Shown in pieces: positions 25,546-38,919 of a DNA stretch of 64,000 bases. Positions within the stretch are counted from its first letter, which is position 1. Each line of letters begins with the position of its first letter. The DNA comes from the human T2T-CHM13v2.0 reference genome, Homo sapiens. The translations under genes and the position numbers were made by a program. Location of the stretch: the NCBI RefSeq assembly GCF_009914755.1, contig NC_060927.1. One strand, written 5' to 3'. The notes below the pieces were generated by a model, which was not told the origin of the DNA, searched no databases, and worked only from the letters and a program-made list of their open reading frames with translations.

Positions 25546-28179
25546 GCTTATCATTATCACAGACTATTTTAAGCTAAAAACAACTTAACTTTTATCACAT
25601 AAAAATAACTCTACACTTTCACTCTACCTTCTCACACATTTTATGTCTTTGATAACACAGTTTACATCTTTTATATTATATATCCCTTAACAAATTATTG
25701 TAGCTATTAATATTTTGATAGTTTTATCTTTTAATCTTCATACTGAAAATATAAGTGATTTATACCCCATTACAGTATTAAAATATTCTGAATTTGACTA
25801 TGTATTTATTTTTTCCAGTGAGTTTTATACTTCTATATATTGTTGTGTTACTAAGTTGGATCCTGTTCTCTCAGCTTCAAAAACTCCCTGTAGCATTTCT
25901 TATAAAACAGGTCTGGTGGTAATGGGCTCCCTTAGCTTTTGTTTGCCTGGGAAAGTCTTTATCTGTCTTTCATTTCTGAACAACAGCTTTGTCAGTGTTC
26001 TTGCTTGGCAAGATTTTTGTTTTCTGGTTGTTTTTTTCTTTTTTTCCCCTTCAGCCCTTTAAACATATTATCCCACTCTTTGCTGGCCTGCAACCCTTCT
26101 ACTGAGAAATCTCCTTCTAGGCTTATTTAAATTCCTTTACATGGATTTTTTTTCTCATGATGATTTTAGGATTCTCTTTGTCTTTTTTTTTTTCAGTTTC
26201 ATTATAAAATATGTTGGTACAGTCTTGTTTAGATGGAATCTGACTGGGGACTTTGGGACTGTACCAAAGGCCAGGTACTTTTAAATATCCAGGTACCTTT
26301 ATCTTGTACCTGGATATTTAAATATTTCCTTATATTTGGACAATTTTCTGCTATCGTTTCCTGAAATAGCTTTATAGTACTTTGTCTCTCTCTTCTTCTT
26401 CTCGAACTCCTACAACTTAAACATTTACCCTTCTGATGATGCCCCATAAATCCCATAAGTTTATTCATTCCTTATTCCTTTTTCTTTTTTTCTCCTCTGA
26501 CTATGTATTTCCAAATGTGTGTTCAGATTATCACATTCTTTCTTCTACATGGTCAGTTCTGATGTCAATGCTCTCTATTGCATTTTTCATTTGTTCCACT
26601 GTATTTTTCACCTCCAGAATATGTTTGATTTCTGTTTACAATTTCAATCTCTTAGATTTCTTTTGTTGGTCATTTATTGTTTTTCTCTGATTTCATTTAA
26701 TTGTGTCTTTGTATGTTTTTTGATGTTTATTGAGCTTCTCTAAAATAATTTTAAATTATTTGTCAGACAGTTTGTATGTATATCTCCATTTCTTTGGGGT
26801 CAGCTTCTGAGAGATTATTGTGTTATTTGAGTTGTTTCATGTCTCCTTGGCTTTTCATGTTTCTATTGTCTTATGTTGATGTTTGTTTATTTGGTGTAGC
26901 AGCCACCTCTTGCAGACTTTAAAGGTTAGTTTTACTGTGGAAAAATTTCCTTTATGAAAGGGATACAAGGGCACTTGCTAGATATAGTACATTGGTTCTG
27001 CATTAGTGAATATTTCAGCTGTTTCGTCTCTGTACAGCTCTGGCAGCAAAAATCAGTGTTGATGAATATTGCAGGGATCCAGTATCTAATGCTATAAATT
27101 TTGCTGTAGCAGCAAGGCTCACTGGGGTCTTCAGTGGCAATAACTGCCAAGGTTGCTTTGCTCTCTTTTTCTCCCACTGGGGAGTTGTGGCTGAGGGGAT
27201 TCTTCCTAACACAGGATCTGGCTTGTGCACTCACTTGCAGTAACGATGGCACCCTTGTCTGATGAGTGGCCCCTATGAAGAGGCCATGAAGTTGAGGCCG
27301 AAAACATTGTCACATATGGAAGAACAATGGTTTTGGGATCCAGGGCAGTATTGGTACTGGTGCCTAGGTTGCAGACACCTTTGCTGCTATGTTGGTGACA
27401 AAATGTGAGGTATGGATTGTTATGAAGCAGCTAGGGGAAGCAAGAATAAGAGCACCAGTGGGCACAGTATTAGAGTGGCTCTGGAGTTGGGCAGGGCCTT
27501 GCTCTTTATGGCAGCCAAGGTAGTGCCTGAAGTGTAGCCACATGCAGACCTTGACTCCAGACTTGGATTATGAACTACCTCTCTCTGGCAGTGGCTCTGA
27601 TGTTTGAGATGTGGGTGCACACAATGCAGCCTTGTAGCCAGGATCCAAGGTATAAGCATGTGCTAGCCTCAGCATCTATAAGGTCAGAGTGAATCTTAGT
27701 AAAGCATCTACAGGGTCAGAATGAAGCTCTGTGGTGGCTGAGCTAATGCCTGGGGCATGAGCATAAGCAGCAAGAGCTTGGCTCCAGAACCCAATGTGCA
27801 AATTAGCTTACTACGGTAATGACTCCAATGTCTGAGACATAGGCAGATCCAGTGTAACCACAGAGTTCAGGTCTGGATGTGGACACCACAGAGTGGTCAA
27901 AGCTCTGTTGGTGCTCACTGGGCCCATGCTGGGTTCGGAAAGGTGGCAGTTCTTCTCCCAACATGGATAATCAGTGGCTGCTTATTAGGTACAAAGGGGT
28001 ATGAAGCCACATCTCCCTCTCTAAGGTATCCTTGAGGGAATGGCTATTGGTTTCCTCAGTAGCAAGTGATGTCTATATTCTCTCAGGAGCAGGCTGCTAT
28101 AAACCATGACGATTCCTGCTGCATGGCTGAAACTAAAAAGCTACATTAAAGTCCTGGTCTTCTAATTCCAACTTCTGAC

Positions 28180-28950
28180 GCAGTTCATCTTCTGTATCTT
28201 CTATTATTTTTTTAATCATGGATATCATTTTCTTCTTTTTCAGATGTCTAATAATTTTTATTTTATATTGAATAATGTGGATAACACTTTGTAAAAACTG
28301 TAGGTTTTATTACCTTCCTCTGGGATGAGTTTATTTTCTTATTGGAGGCAATTATCTTTCTGGACTCAAATTCAAATCTCTACTTTTCTTGTGATAGTCT
28401 TTCAACCTTCCAGCTGGTATTTTTTGTTTGTTTGGTTTTGGTTTTGATTTTACTCATACATCTTCTTGTAGTCCTCTCTGACTGAGAACACTACAAAATC
28501 TGGCTGATCTTTCAAGGCCTAATTTTGATCAATGTTTACACACAGATTTTTGAATCCATCCTCTATTGTTACTTCCATTGCTAGTTTTTTTTTCTCTCTC
28601 TCACTTTCCACTACTCTGAAGTCTTGAATGCTATCCACCTCCTCAAGTCACTGTGATTGTACCCTAATGTTCAAGTTTTAATTATACCAAGACACTTGGA
28701 CTTGGGAATATTCTCAGGTGAAAAGCTGTATAAAATTCAAATGCACTGTTTGGTGTTTTTCTTTCAAGGATTAATGCTGCTACAATTTTTGTTTTTGTCA
28801 GTAACCTTCGTCTTCATACTTACGTATGTTTTTTGTTTGGGTTTTTTGTTTGTTTGTTTGTTAGATTTTGTCCAAAGGTTATAATTGTCATCTGTAACTG
28901 TCAGAAGGATAGTCCAATAAAAGCTACTCTATCATTACAAAAAGCATAAG
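28180..28950 (-). mobile_element. Very old L1M/HAL1-type 5' region fragment
   Basis: cattttcttctttttcagatgtctaataatttttatt.. and terminal ggatagtccaataaaagctactctatcattac resemble L1ME/HAL1 5' sequence on the minus strand. Confidence 0.55.
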
Positions 28951-29273
28951 TTTGCAAGTTTTAAACTTGCAAAAACCAAATTTTTTCTGCCATGTTTCAC
29001 AGGAGCACTAATAGCATTTTTTCTACTTTGAGCTAAAATTTTATACATTAAGTATACAGATCCTACTGATCTCATCTGTCTTCCAATAGTCTTTCAATGT
29101 ATGTATTGTCAGGCACTTCTGTAAGTACTGGGGATATGATAGTGGATTACATAAAGCCTTGATCAATAGAACTTCTATCTAAGGACCATTATATTTAATT
29201 TTAACTTCAGAAAATGTAAGTTATAAAAACAGGTTAATTGAATAAAGAGCGATCAGGTTATAAGAGAGGTGGA

Positions 29274-30372
29274 AGGGAGGTTCCAAGGTGGCCGAATAGG
29301 AACAGCTCCAGTCTATAGCTCCCAGTGTGAGTGACGCAGAAGGCAGGTGATTTCTGCATTTCCAACTGAGGCACCAGGTTCATCTCACTGGGGCTTGTCA
29401 GACAGTGGGTGCAGCCCACGGAGTGTGAGCCGAAGCAGGGCAGAGCATTGCCTCACCCAGGAAATGCAAGGGGTTGGGGAATTCCCTTTCCTAGCCAACA
29501 GAAGCCATGACAGATTGTTCCTGGAAAATCGGGACACTCCCACCCTAATACTGCACTTTTCCAATGGTCTTAGCAAATGGCACACCAGGAGATTATATCC
29601 CATGCCTGGCTCGGAGGGTCCCATGCCCACGGAGCCTCACTCACTGCTAGCACAGCAGTCTGAGATTGAACTGCAAGGCAGCAACCAGGCTGGGGGAGGG
29701 GTGTCTGCCATTGCTGAGGCTTGAGTAGGTAAACAAAGAGGCTTGGAAGCTCGAACTGGGTGGAGCCCACTGCAGCTCAAGGAGGCCTGCCTGTCCCTGT
29801 TGACTCCACCTCTAGGGGCAGGGCATAGCTGAACAAAAGGCAGCAGAAACTTCTGCAGATTTAAACATCCCTGTCTGACAGCTTTGAAGACAGTAGTGGT
29901 TATCCCAGCACAGAGTTTGAGATCTGAGAACGGACAGACTTCCTCCTCAAGTGGGTCCCTGACCCCCGAGTAGCCTAACTGGGAGGCACCTCCCAGTAGG
30001 GGCCGACTGACACCTCATAAGGCCAGGTGTCCCTCTGAGACGAAGCTTCCAGAGGAACGAGCAGGCAGCAACATTTGCCATTCTGCAATATTTGCTATTC
30101 TGCAGCCTCCACTGGTGATATCCAGGCAAACAGGGTCTGGAGTGGACCTCCAGAAAACTCCAACAGACCTGCAGCTGAAGGTCCTGATTGTTAGAAGGAA
30201 AACTAACAAACAGAAAGGACATCCACACCAAAACCCCATCTGTACATCACCATCATCAAAGACCAAAGGTAGATAAAACCACAAAGATGGGGAGAAACCA
30301 GAGCAGAAAAGCTGAAAATTCTAAAAATCAGAGCACCTCTTCTCCTCCAAGGGAACCCAGCTCCTCGCCAGC
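29274..30372 (+). mobile_element. L1PA5/6-type complete 5'UTR plus first 29 codons of ORF1, 3'-truncated
   Basis: gggaggttccaag[g]tggccgaataggaacagctccagtct start. Retains the ~129-bp segment absent from L1HS (~30030-30160). ORF1 ATG at 30287 (MGRNQSRKAENSKNQSTSSPP). Homology ends at ctcctcgccagc. Confidence 0.92.
29385..29711 (-). pseudogene. L1 antisense ORF0 homologue with a premature stop
   Basis: ATG at 29711 reads MADTPPPAWLLPCSSISDCCASSE*GSVGMGPSEPGMGYNLLV..IRVGVSRFSR, collinear with L1 ORF0. TGA at 29639-29637. Confidence 0.8.
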
Positions 30373-31364
30373 TTATTTCTTATTTAAGAAATTTCAAGCA
30401 AGGAGCATAAAGAGAGTTAAAGAAGAAAAGAATACACCTTCTTAATTGAAAAATAATCTCAAAATCCATTCGCTCCTAGAAAATAAAGCTCTGGCTTGTT
30501 CCCCTTTGCCTTGTTGCTAATAGTAGTCTTGAAGGCTAGTATTCTTTGTTAAGAAAGAAATTCTACTTTGGGGAAAATACTGAGAGTTTAAAATAGATTA
30601 TTTTTAGATTAGCCAATTCTGTTTTAAGTTTCATTATTTGCTTTCACTTTATGGTAGAGTTTAAGTTCAAATAGTATAGATTTCAATGCATTTTATCACT
30701 GTTAAATGTAAAGAATTTGTTTTAGAATGCTGACATGTTATTATAGCATTCTATAGATATGTTTCAGCATATATAGTAACAGATATTCTTCCAAATCCCT
30801 TTATCTTAAGTAGAAAGGATGACATGGGTTTTTCCATGTCTATAGTGGTATTAAGATATCAGTCAGTGTCAAATGCTATTTTAAATTTCTAGTATCCATT
30901 TTCTGTCTTGAATTCCTTTAATGCTGTGTATTTAGGTTGCACCTGAACATCTTCTAATCTTATAAGCTTGTGGCAGACTAGAAAGAAATCCATACATTTA
31001 TTTATAGACTCATCATAGAATTGCACTAAATAGAAATATAAAACACACACGAAAAGAATGGTTTGCATTTTGGTGATGTCATACGCTTTGCACCAAATGG
31101 GCACTTAAATATGCTTAAATGAATGAATGAATGATTAGTGTCTCAGGGCTGCATTAAAGACCATCAAGTTTAACCTCAGCTTATCAAAGAAAAAAAGCCT
31201 AAGTCCAAAATATTTGCTCAAAAGTAAATACATTTCCCAAAGCTTTATTAATTTCAGACCAAGTCAAAGAATGGGTCTGATAATACCATCTGACTGGTTT
31301 TGCTCATATTAATTATGTTTAACATAGTTATATCCAACTACTCACATATATCCATTAAAATTGT

Positions 31365-32110
31365 GATTTATTCATCTATTTTTTAAAAAAATCTCTGGGC
31401 ATTCCCCAAATACTAAGCATGACCCAAGGTACTATGGATACAGGAGTGGGGGAAACATAGTCTTTATGCTTCAGTTGCTTAGAATCTGGTGGAGAGAAAT
31501 ATACGTATAACCTAATTGAAGGGGCAGATGTGCTATGACAAAGAAAGGGACAGTTTTATGAGTACCCAGAAGAAGGATACATTGGTTCTACCTGAAAAAA
31601 AACAGTAACTGCTCCTCAGAAAAGGTGAGTTGTTGTTGGGTCTTAATGTTAAGTAAGAATATGATAGCCTCAAAACATGCAAACAGGAACACACAGGCAC
31701 CAAAAGTGTGAACGCTTAGAACATATTTGACGGGATGCCATACATGCAAAGCAGTGGGAGAGTTGAGGCTAGATGTGTGCATCAAAGCCAGATTCTAGAG
31801 AATCTTGTAAGGGGCCAGACTTCAGAAGAAATATAAACTTCAAAGGATATTTTAGTATCAGAACACAGATTAGTGTTTTTAAAAAATATCAGTTGACAGT
31901 GAGAAGGATGGATTTGTGATAATGGAGAGACAGAGGCAGTGAAAGGAGTAAAGAGGCCAATGCAAGACTCCAGATGGCAGATGATGAGGGTCTGGACAAA
32001 GAGTAAGAGAAACTAAGCCCTGGGTGGATGATTGGATCAAGCAAGGAGATGAGGGGGAAGATTAAGGTAATTAAGATCTGAGGGTTCTCTAGGACGACTT
32101 GTTGCGTTAA
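31365..32110 (-). mobile_element. L2 fragment
   Basis: ttattcatctatt tail, catagtctttatgcttcagttgcttagaatctggtggagaga, and ggagagacagaggcagtgaaaggagtaaagaggc. Confidence 0.75.
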
Positions 32111-32129
32111 TTTTCTTTGCTGATATTCT

Positions 32130-32402
32130 TGAAAATATATAGACTAATTGCTTTAATCCAAGTAAAAGCCAAAATCCTTGCAACACTCTAGGAAACCTGC
32201 ATGATATGGCTCCTATTGCCTTGTTAACCCCATCTCCCACACTTTATCCCCCCTCACCACCAGCTCTGCTGCAGCCACACTGGCATCCTTTTTTTCCCTC
32301 AAAAATGCAAGCCATAGTCCACCTTTGAACTTTCCTGACCCAATTGCTTGAAACTGCAGCCCTCTCCTTCAGCATTACTATCTCCCCTGCTTCAGGTTTT
32401 TC

Positions 32403-32445
<43 letters not shown>

Positions 32446-32580
32446 TGCTGTCATCTTGCCCTACTAAGTTGTTAACTCTGTGAGGACTACGGTTGTTTTC
32501 AGGTTTTGTTCACAATTATATCCCAGCACATAGAAGAATGTCCAATAGGTGTTCAATACATATTTGATTAATATTCCCTT
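32130..32580 (+). mobile_element. L2 3' fragment
   Basis: aaaagccaaaatcctt..ctctgctgcagccacactggc..ttgttcacaattatatcccagcacatagaagaatgtcc..gttcaatacatatttg. Confidence 0.8.
32407..32442. repeat. (TG)n microsatellite
   Basis: About 18 uninterrupted TG units. Confidence 0.95.
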
Positions 32581-33237
32581 AAGCAGAAACATTAATTAAT
32601 GTTTCAAAAAATGTTAAGCAATGTTTCTAAATTTGACAATTTACATGTCTTTATTCCAGACAGGGCATAGGAAGGGAAGGAATTTGCCTTTTACCATCTT
32701 CACTTACTTCCAGACAATGTGCTTGATGAGTCTATTTTTAGTTTAGTTCAGGCTTTCACCTCTGCCTTTTACATGGCTTTTAGAATCTGAAAAATGTTGA
32801 CTAGACTTATGGTGTTCATATTAAAGGGTTTTATTTTTCATTGTCATGGAGTCTATCTTAAACCTTAACCCTTGATAGTATTATTTAATTTATACCTCAA
32901 GTCTCTATGTAAATTCACTCCCATCTCCATTCTAGAAATTTTTCAAGCACACATTCTTCTTCCTTCACTTCAATATCCCTATTACTACTCTCTGAAAATT
33001 TACAATAAAGTAAATCCTCTTTTATTCTTCTACTACGGTTTCCTCTTCCATCTAGACAACTGTATCTAACCTCACAGCTACTCTTACATTCTCAGAATAA
33101 AGAAGAAAGTGCTATTATAAAAAGATGGTACACCTTATAACCTTATTTAGATGCTTCATAGTATACACTATCTTCATTTAAAATTAAATTAAAATTGAAA
33201 CAAAGCTTGTTATTACAGTGTTAGAGGGAAGAAAACA

Positions 33238-33485
33238 CAATTATTGAGCTAATACTCTTTGCCAAGACCTGGAGCTAGGCAAGCCTATACATATTATGTT
33301 ACTACTTTGCACAGATCATACAGATCTACATAATGTAGTTGTAATTGACCTTTGTTGTTGTTGTTGTTGTTTTTTAGAGTTGAGGATACTTAGGCTAAAA
33401 GAGGTTTAATAACTTGCTGATGGTTACACGGCTACTACATGACAAGACAAAAATTTCAATCTAATTCCGATGCTAAAATTCAAAC
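33238..33485 (-). mobile_element. MIR with an internal (GTT)n tract
   Basis: ttattgagct..tttagagttgaggatacttaggctaaaagaggtttaataacttgc; (gtt)n at ~33352-33371. Confidence 0.75.
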
Positions 33486-34444
33486 TTATTGTAAGGGATG
33501 GAAGAACTGTTGTGATAACATTTTTAGGCTATCTCTAACATTGCTTTGAGCATTAATATTCCATGGGTCTAGAAATCCACACAGTGATATTTGCCTATGA
33601 CTACAGTAATTTCAAAACAAAGCAACCTCAAATTAATATTTATTTTAACAACTAAGGTTAAGCAAAGATAAAAAAAATCACCTCAAAAATTTCTAAGAAG
33701 ACAATAAAAGTATCACTCCAGAGCTGAAAAAGTAAAAAGTCCAATTCCTAATTACTTTTCCACCACATTCCAAGTCTATTTATGACAAGTGTTTGGAGTT
33801 TAAGTGACAAGATTTAGACTAGTGGACAAGCCATGCTTTAAATTAATATCATATCAAATATCATCAGAATGCATAGTATAAACTTGGGTACTCACAGCAT
33901 GCCTCGTCATCACAAAGGCATGCTATTATTGCCAAGTTGAGATGCGTAAGTGTGCTTGTACTCTGCCCTTCAGCTTCAAAGCAGAGTTGCTGAGGATCAA
34001 GACACCAACATTATAGCCACTGGTAATCCCAGTTAACTCCCACGGCCCAGTGTGCTATCCCCATATACGGCAATGGCATGCCCTGTGATTCAAAGCCAAG
34101 GGGCTCTGCAAATAAAGCAGGGTCTGGGAGGCCCACAGGTCACGAACATTGAGCTCCACACAGGCAAGAGAACAAATGTCCCATTCTTCGCATTTGTCAA
34201 ATATGCCTCTCATGAAGTAAAGAATAAAGTTCCTTCTGAGATAATGCCCACCCCATTACCACAACAAATAAACCCCCAAGGTTAAAAAAAAAAATGGAAC
34301 GTTTGCGCTTGAAGGGAAGTTGAAGTTACTTAACAAGCTCTCCTTGATTTATGTGATCATAAGTAAGTACGTGGCCAGCATAAAGGTGCAATGAGGTTGA
34401 AGAAGAATCAGGGCCCCAATTGTCTTTCTTTTCATCTGTTTCTG

Positions 34445-34665
34445 AGGGTGATATTACCAAATGGTTAAGAGCTCTACATTAGGGTATAATACTCATGATT
34501 TGCAATTCTGCTTCTGTTTATGTTACCTGTATGCGTGATTCTAGGTCCATTATTTGCATCTCATTGGTGAAGATTAAATAGGATCCTGCATGAAAGTTAT
34601 TGCCATCAGAATTCATAAAAGGTGGGTGTTTAATAAAAGCTAACTAGTGAGATAAATTATATTAT
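34445..34665 (+). mobile_element. MIR, degraded
   Basis: aatggttaagagctc..ttggtgaagattaaatagga..gtttaataaaagctaactag. Confidence 0.6.
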
Positions 34666-35739
34666 TTATTCGCAATATCAAATATAACATGAATTATTAT
34701 TAATAAGGCAAAAATAGGAAGAGTAGTTTATGCCTTTGTTCTTTTGGGGTATTACTTTATTCTGTACGTATTGTAAGAAATTTCTGAGATCCCCTAATGT
34801 GACTGTGGATGCTTGACCCAGCATTTCTGTCATTAACCAGCATCACTCCTCCCACAGCCTGCAGAAAGTCCAATTAATTTCAATTAAATTAAAATTTAAT
34901 TTTAATGAAAGTAATTAGAAGGACCTACGTTTGTAAAATGTGGTAACTAGATTTATCAAACAACCGTAACATATAGCACATTACACTCAGAGCAAATCCT
35001 AGTGAAGTTTGGCAAACATGTCTCCCCCTTCCTCTTCTGAAACCTTATTCCCTTCTTTTGAGTCTGCCTCTTACTGAACCACACGAGCCGAGGTTCCCCT
35101 TCATTCCATGAACATTTGCAACTTCCCTGTATTACGTCTCACTGACTTTGAATAAGCAAAACATTAGAGGTCTGAAAAAGACCAACAGACTAACCCTCAG
35201 ATGTTGTAATTCATAATAGAATAATGTGTGAGCCTTCCCAGGGTCACTTGCATTTAAAGGTATTGATGGTTTAGCAAAGAAATTATCCTTCAGTTGTAGA
35301 ATTTAAGTAAGAGGAATATATTTTGAGGCAAATTGTTTTTCCAGTTCCTCCTAGAAAATGTCATTTCAAGATCTGCTTACTCTGTTGATGATGTTAGGCA
35401 AAATCTTCTTGGAAAAAAAAAACCAACAACTTCGTAAAGCTGAAAAGGAAATGACCTTCCTGGATGTTTAATTTGCTGTTTTATGATTCAGTCTCCTGAA
35501 TAAAACTAAGGCTACTAGGCATCTATCTCAACAACAATGAAAGAATGAATGAGGTCTTCTCCATGACACTCTATGGCAAGATTGCTCATGTGCCTGTACT
35601 GACTTTAAGTCAGCCCAGCAATTGAGCACTTGCTATACGCGAGACATGCTAGGCATCATGGGAACAGAAAAAAAAATTTTGGGTCAAGTGACATGTACTC
35701 AGTGGCTTTTCTCAGTAAGATTTAACCTTATTTACCTAT

Positions 35740-35905
35740 TTTTTATTGGTAGACGTCGGTACTTACTACATTGAATTATGTTGTCAATTGTGTCTGCCTT
35801 CCTCATTAGATAAGCTATCCCTCCACGGCAGGCACCATTTGCTAGATGCATCTGTAGGCCCAACACTTAACATAGTACCTGGTTCTTAGTAAATACTCAT
35901 TGATA
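35740..35905 (+). mobile_element. L2 3' end
   Basis: tgtgtctgccttcctcattagataagct..acttaacatagtacctggttcttagtaaatactca. Confidence 0.65.
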
Positions 35906-38048
35906 CCTAGGCCTGAAAATCCCAACACTGTATTGCCCAGAGCTGATAAGCAGGTGCCAGTGAATGAATTCTCTGGGTTTAAAAGCCCACTTCCAAAATG
36001 AAGAAATTAAGTTACTGTAATGAAGCCCTGGAGTCAAAACAGAAATTTAACACATATTAATTATTATCTGTATGTTTCAAGATAAAGTTTAAGACATATT
36101 GTTAATATTTTTCTACTTTACAGATTAATATTTAAAGACATAATAATGTAAAATTACATCACCCACACAAATACTCTTTCCTGAAAAAATAAAATTATAT
36201 GAAACACAATGCAAAATTCTATAAAACAATTATTTAAAATTAGGGTGTACCTTCATTATTTTATTCCTGATAAGACTGATAATATCTTACCAGATTTAAG
36301 GACTTCAGGCTTTAAAAAAATACTTTTTTCTCCTAAAAAACCTTGGAAATTGTGGATTTGCCAATTGATTTTCATGTGGATTATGAACATTTTTGAAGTA
36401 CAGGTGTTCCTTATGTCTAAAAGTCATTAGAGAAAATTATCTTATCATAGCATCTATACATAACAAGGCAATGAATTCAGAAAATTTCTTTATGTTTGAA
36501 ATTCTAATATCCTCATGCCATTTTTATATCTTAGCTCTCTCTGGTTTGTAGTCTTTCTTCTCACCTCATTCTGCTCACAACTTGTCACCAAAATATAATT
36601 TAAGAACATGTTTATTTAAATGATCATTTCCTTAAAAAGTACTAAAACCCTCTTTGAATTTACAAAAAGAAAAAAAGCCTCCCCTTTTCTACCTGTAACT
36701 TAACAGAGCCTAAAATGAATCAATTTTTCTTTGAGCCCATAAAAGCATATCAAATTCCCAATGCAATCAATACTTATCTCACTTCTATATTGTATACAAT
36801 ATCACTTGTGATTACAGGTTATTTTTTTAAGTGGAATATTCTTTTTCCTCAGTTGACTTGAAAGCATACCTTTCCTTGATTTTTTACATTCATTTTGACA
36901 TTAAAATGAAATATAATTTCTTTTGAATACACTTCAAAGAGCACTAGCATTGTAAGAAAAGTAACTGTCTTCAATTATCCTTGGAAATATTTGCCATCCT
37001 TTTCACCTTGAATCAGTGACTTAGCTTTACCTGACTCAAACAAATGCAACAATTGCTCTGGCGTTAGTACTAGGAAAGTGTTCACAGAGAGCATGACTAG
37101 GAACACACGTAAGTTTCTATGTGTGTTTTTGTGAGTATTCTATTTTTCTTCAGTCTCTAACTTGAGTCATTTCATTGTTATTGCCAAAATATTGGGATTC
37201 CTGGAACATTCTGATGTTTTAAGGCACAAACAAAGTAGAATATCTGAAATCAGGACTATTCTGGAAAATTTTTCAATCTGATTTAAGAATAACAACACAA
37301 ATAAATAATACATAATGTTTTGTAGAGAAATCTTCACAATAACAGCTGACAAGATAGCCCAGAACTGGCCACTGAATTTATACTCCTTGCTCAGAAAAAA
37401 AGAAGCACTATGACTACTTGAATAATAATAAATATCCATAATCAGTGCTTATTTGCCAATCAACTATTGTCAGTTGTGTATGTTATTTCAGGAGGAAGAA
37501 GATTATTATTCTAAAAGTATAAATTTGCTAACTTTTCTTGTATTCAAGTTGCAGAGAAAACTCTTATGTGAACAGCAGGGTGGCTAGGCCCAGACTGGCT
37601 GCAGTCACTTTCATCAAGGCTTTGAAATAATGCATCATGTGACCACACAGGTCCACAAGCTAGTCCTCCTTATAAAGCTGCAATGTGACTGAGGCTATAC
37701 AATTCCTAGTTATTGTAATATAATTTGTGGTCCACGAAACAAGAAACTAGAGGTAAAGTTAGAAGTTGAACATGATATCTAGATAGTAGATCCAGGTGAT
37801 GCAGCTTGCTAAAGTTAGAGTTCCAAGTTCTATGATTGGGAGTAATGAAGCTCAGCAAGCTCCTTCTTGGGACAGGGCTATTGCAGGACTTTTCCCTGGA
37901 CAAGTAGAATACCACTGCCACCAATCAACCATGTCTGCTCTGGGGAACTGGGATTTCTGAGGAGCCATACCCAGTCCACATCAATAGGCCTGCTGGGTGT
38001 TGCTAAGAATACATCCTTTTAGCTTATCCCAATGAACTATAACTTCTA

Positions 38049-38442
<394 letters not shown>

Positions 38443-38919
38443 TTAATGATACACAATATAATTTTAATACAAGGAGGAAAATAGTACATATGTGAACATG
38501 AACTAACTGATCGTCTAATACCAGCTCTATTTCCGGATGGCTGTCTGTATCACAAGATTTGAACTGAAATTCATGTCAAAACATATGTGTGTCTCATAAA
38601 AATTTAATAATACTTATTTTATTAGGAGAGTCCAGGATATCCTCAGGAGACATTAGATTCAATCTGGAGTTTAGGGTTCCAAAATGAAACAAGACATAGC
38701 CATGTGGTATGGGGCTGCTACTAGTAGGAATAGAACTAACAGCCCACATTACCTTCCCCTAGAAGTGATTGGGCTGGATTAGGACTGTTCCAGTTTGAGC
38801 ATGTAGGATTCAAATAGCTATTAAATTATCTTTATTCTAAGACAATGAAACCAAAAGTCAAGGACATTTGGTTTTACACTGGGTTTTGCCATGAGCTAGC
38901 TTTAAAACCTTATAAATTA

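Larger units (their letters stand above)
19262..28135 (-). mobile_element. Near full-length L1MA (L1MA6-8-like), decayed, with nested MST, AluJ and L1PB
   Basis: 3'UTR ttcagcaattttcaagcatacaatatattgttattaacta. ORF2 peptides [23 protein letters not shown] and VVISDKID..HYIMIKGS. ORF1-like region ~25900-26800 and GC-richer 5' region to ~28135. Confidence 0.88.

Noticed and set aside
33895-33925. Two p53-like half-sites forming a 9-bp stem (agcatgcct / aggcatgct)
   Set aside because: Each half-site has a mismatch and the spacer is about 11 nt; expected by chance.
33974-34362. Possible + strand exon between a good acceptor (ctctgcccttcag) and gtaagt
   Set aside because: 389 bp with no spanning ORF, internal AATAAA motifs and no visible partner exons; cannot be supported without RNA data.
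34870-34918. AT-only palindrome aattaaatt-aa-aatttaatt
   Set aside because: Short and composed only of A/T, so a high chance expectation.
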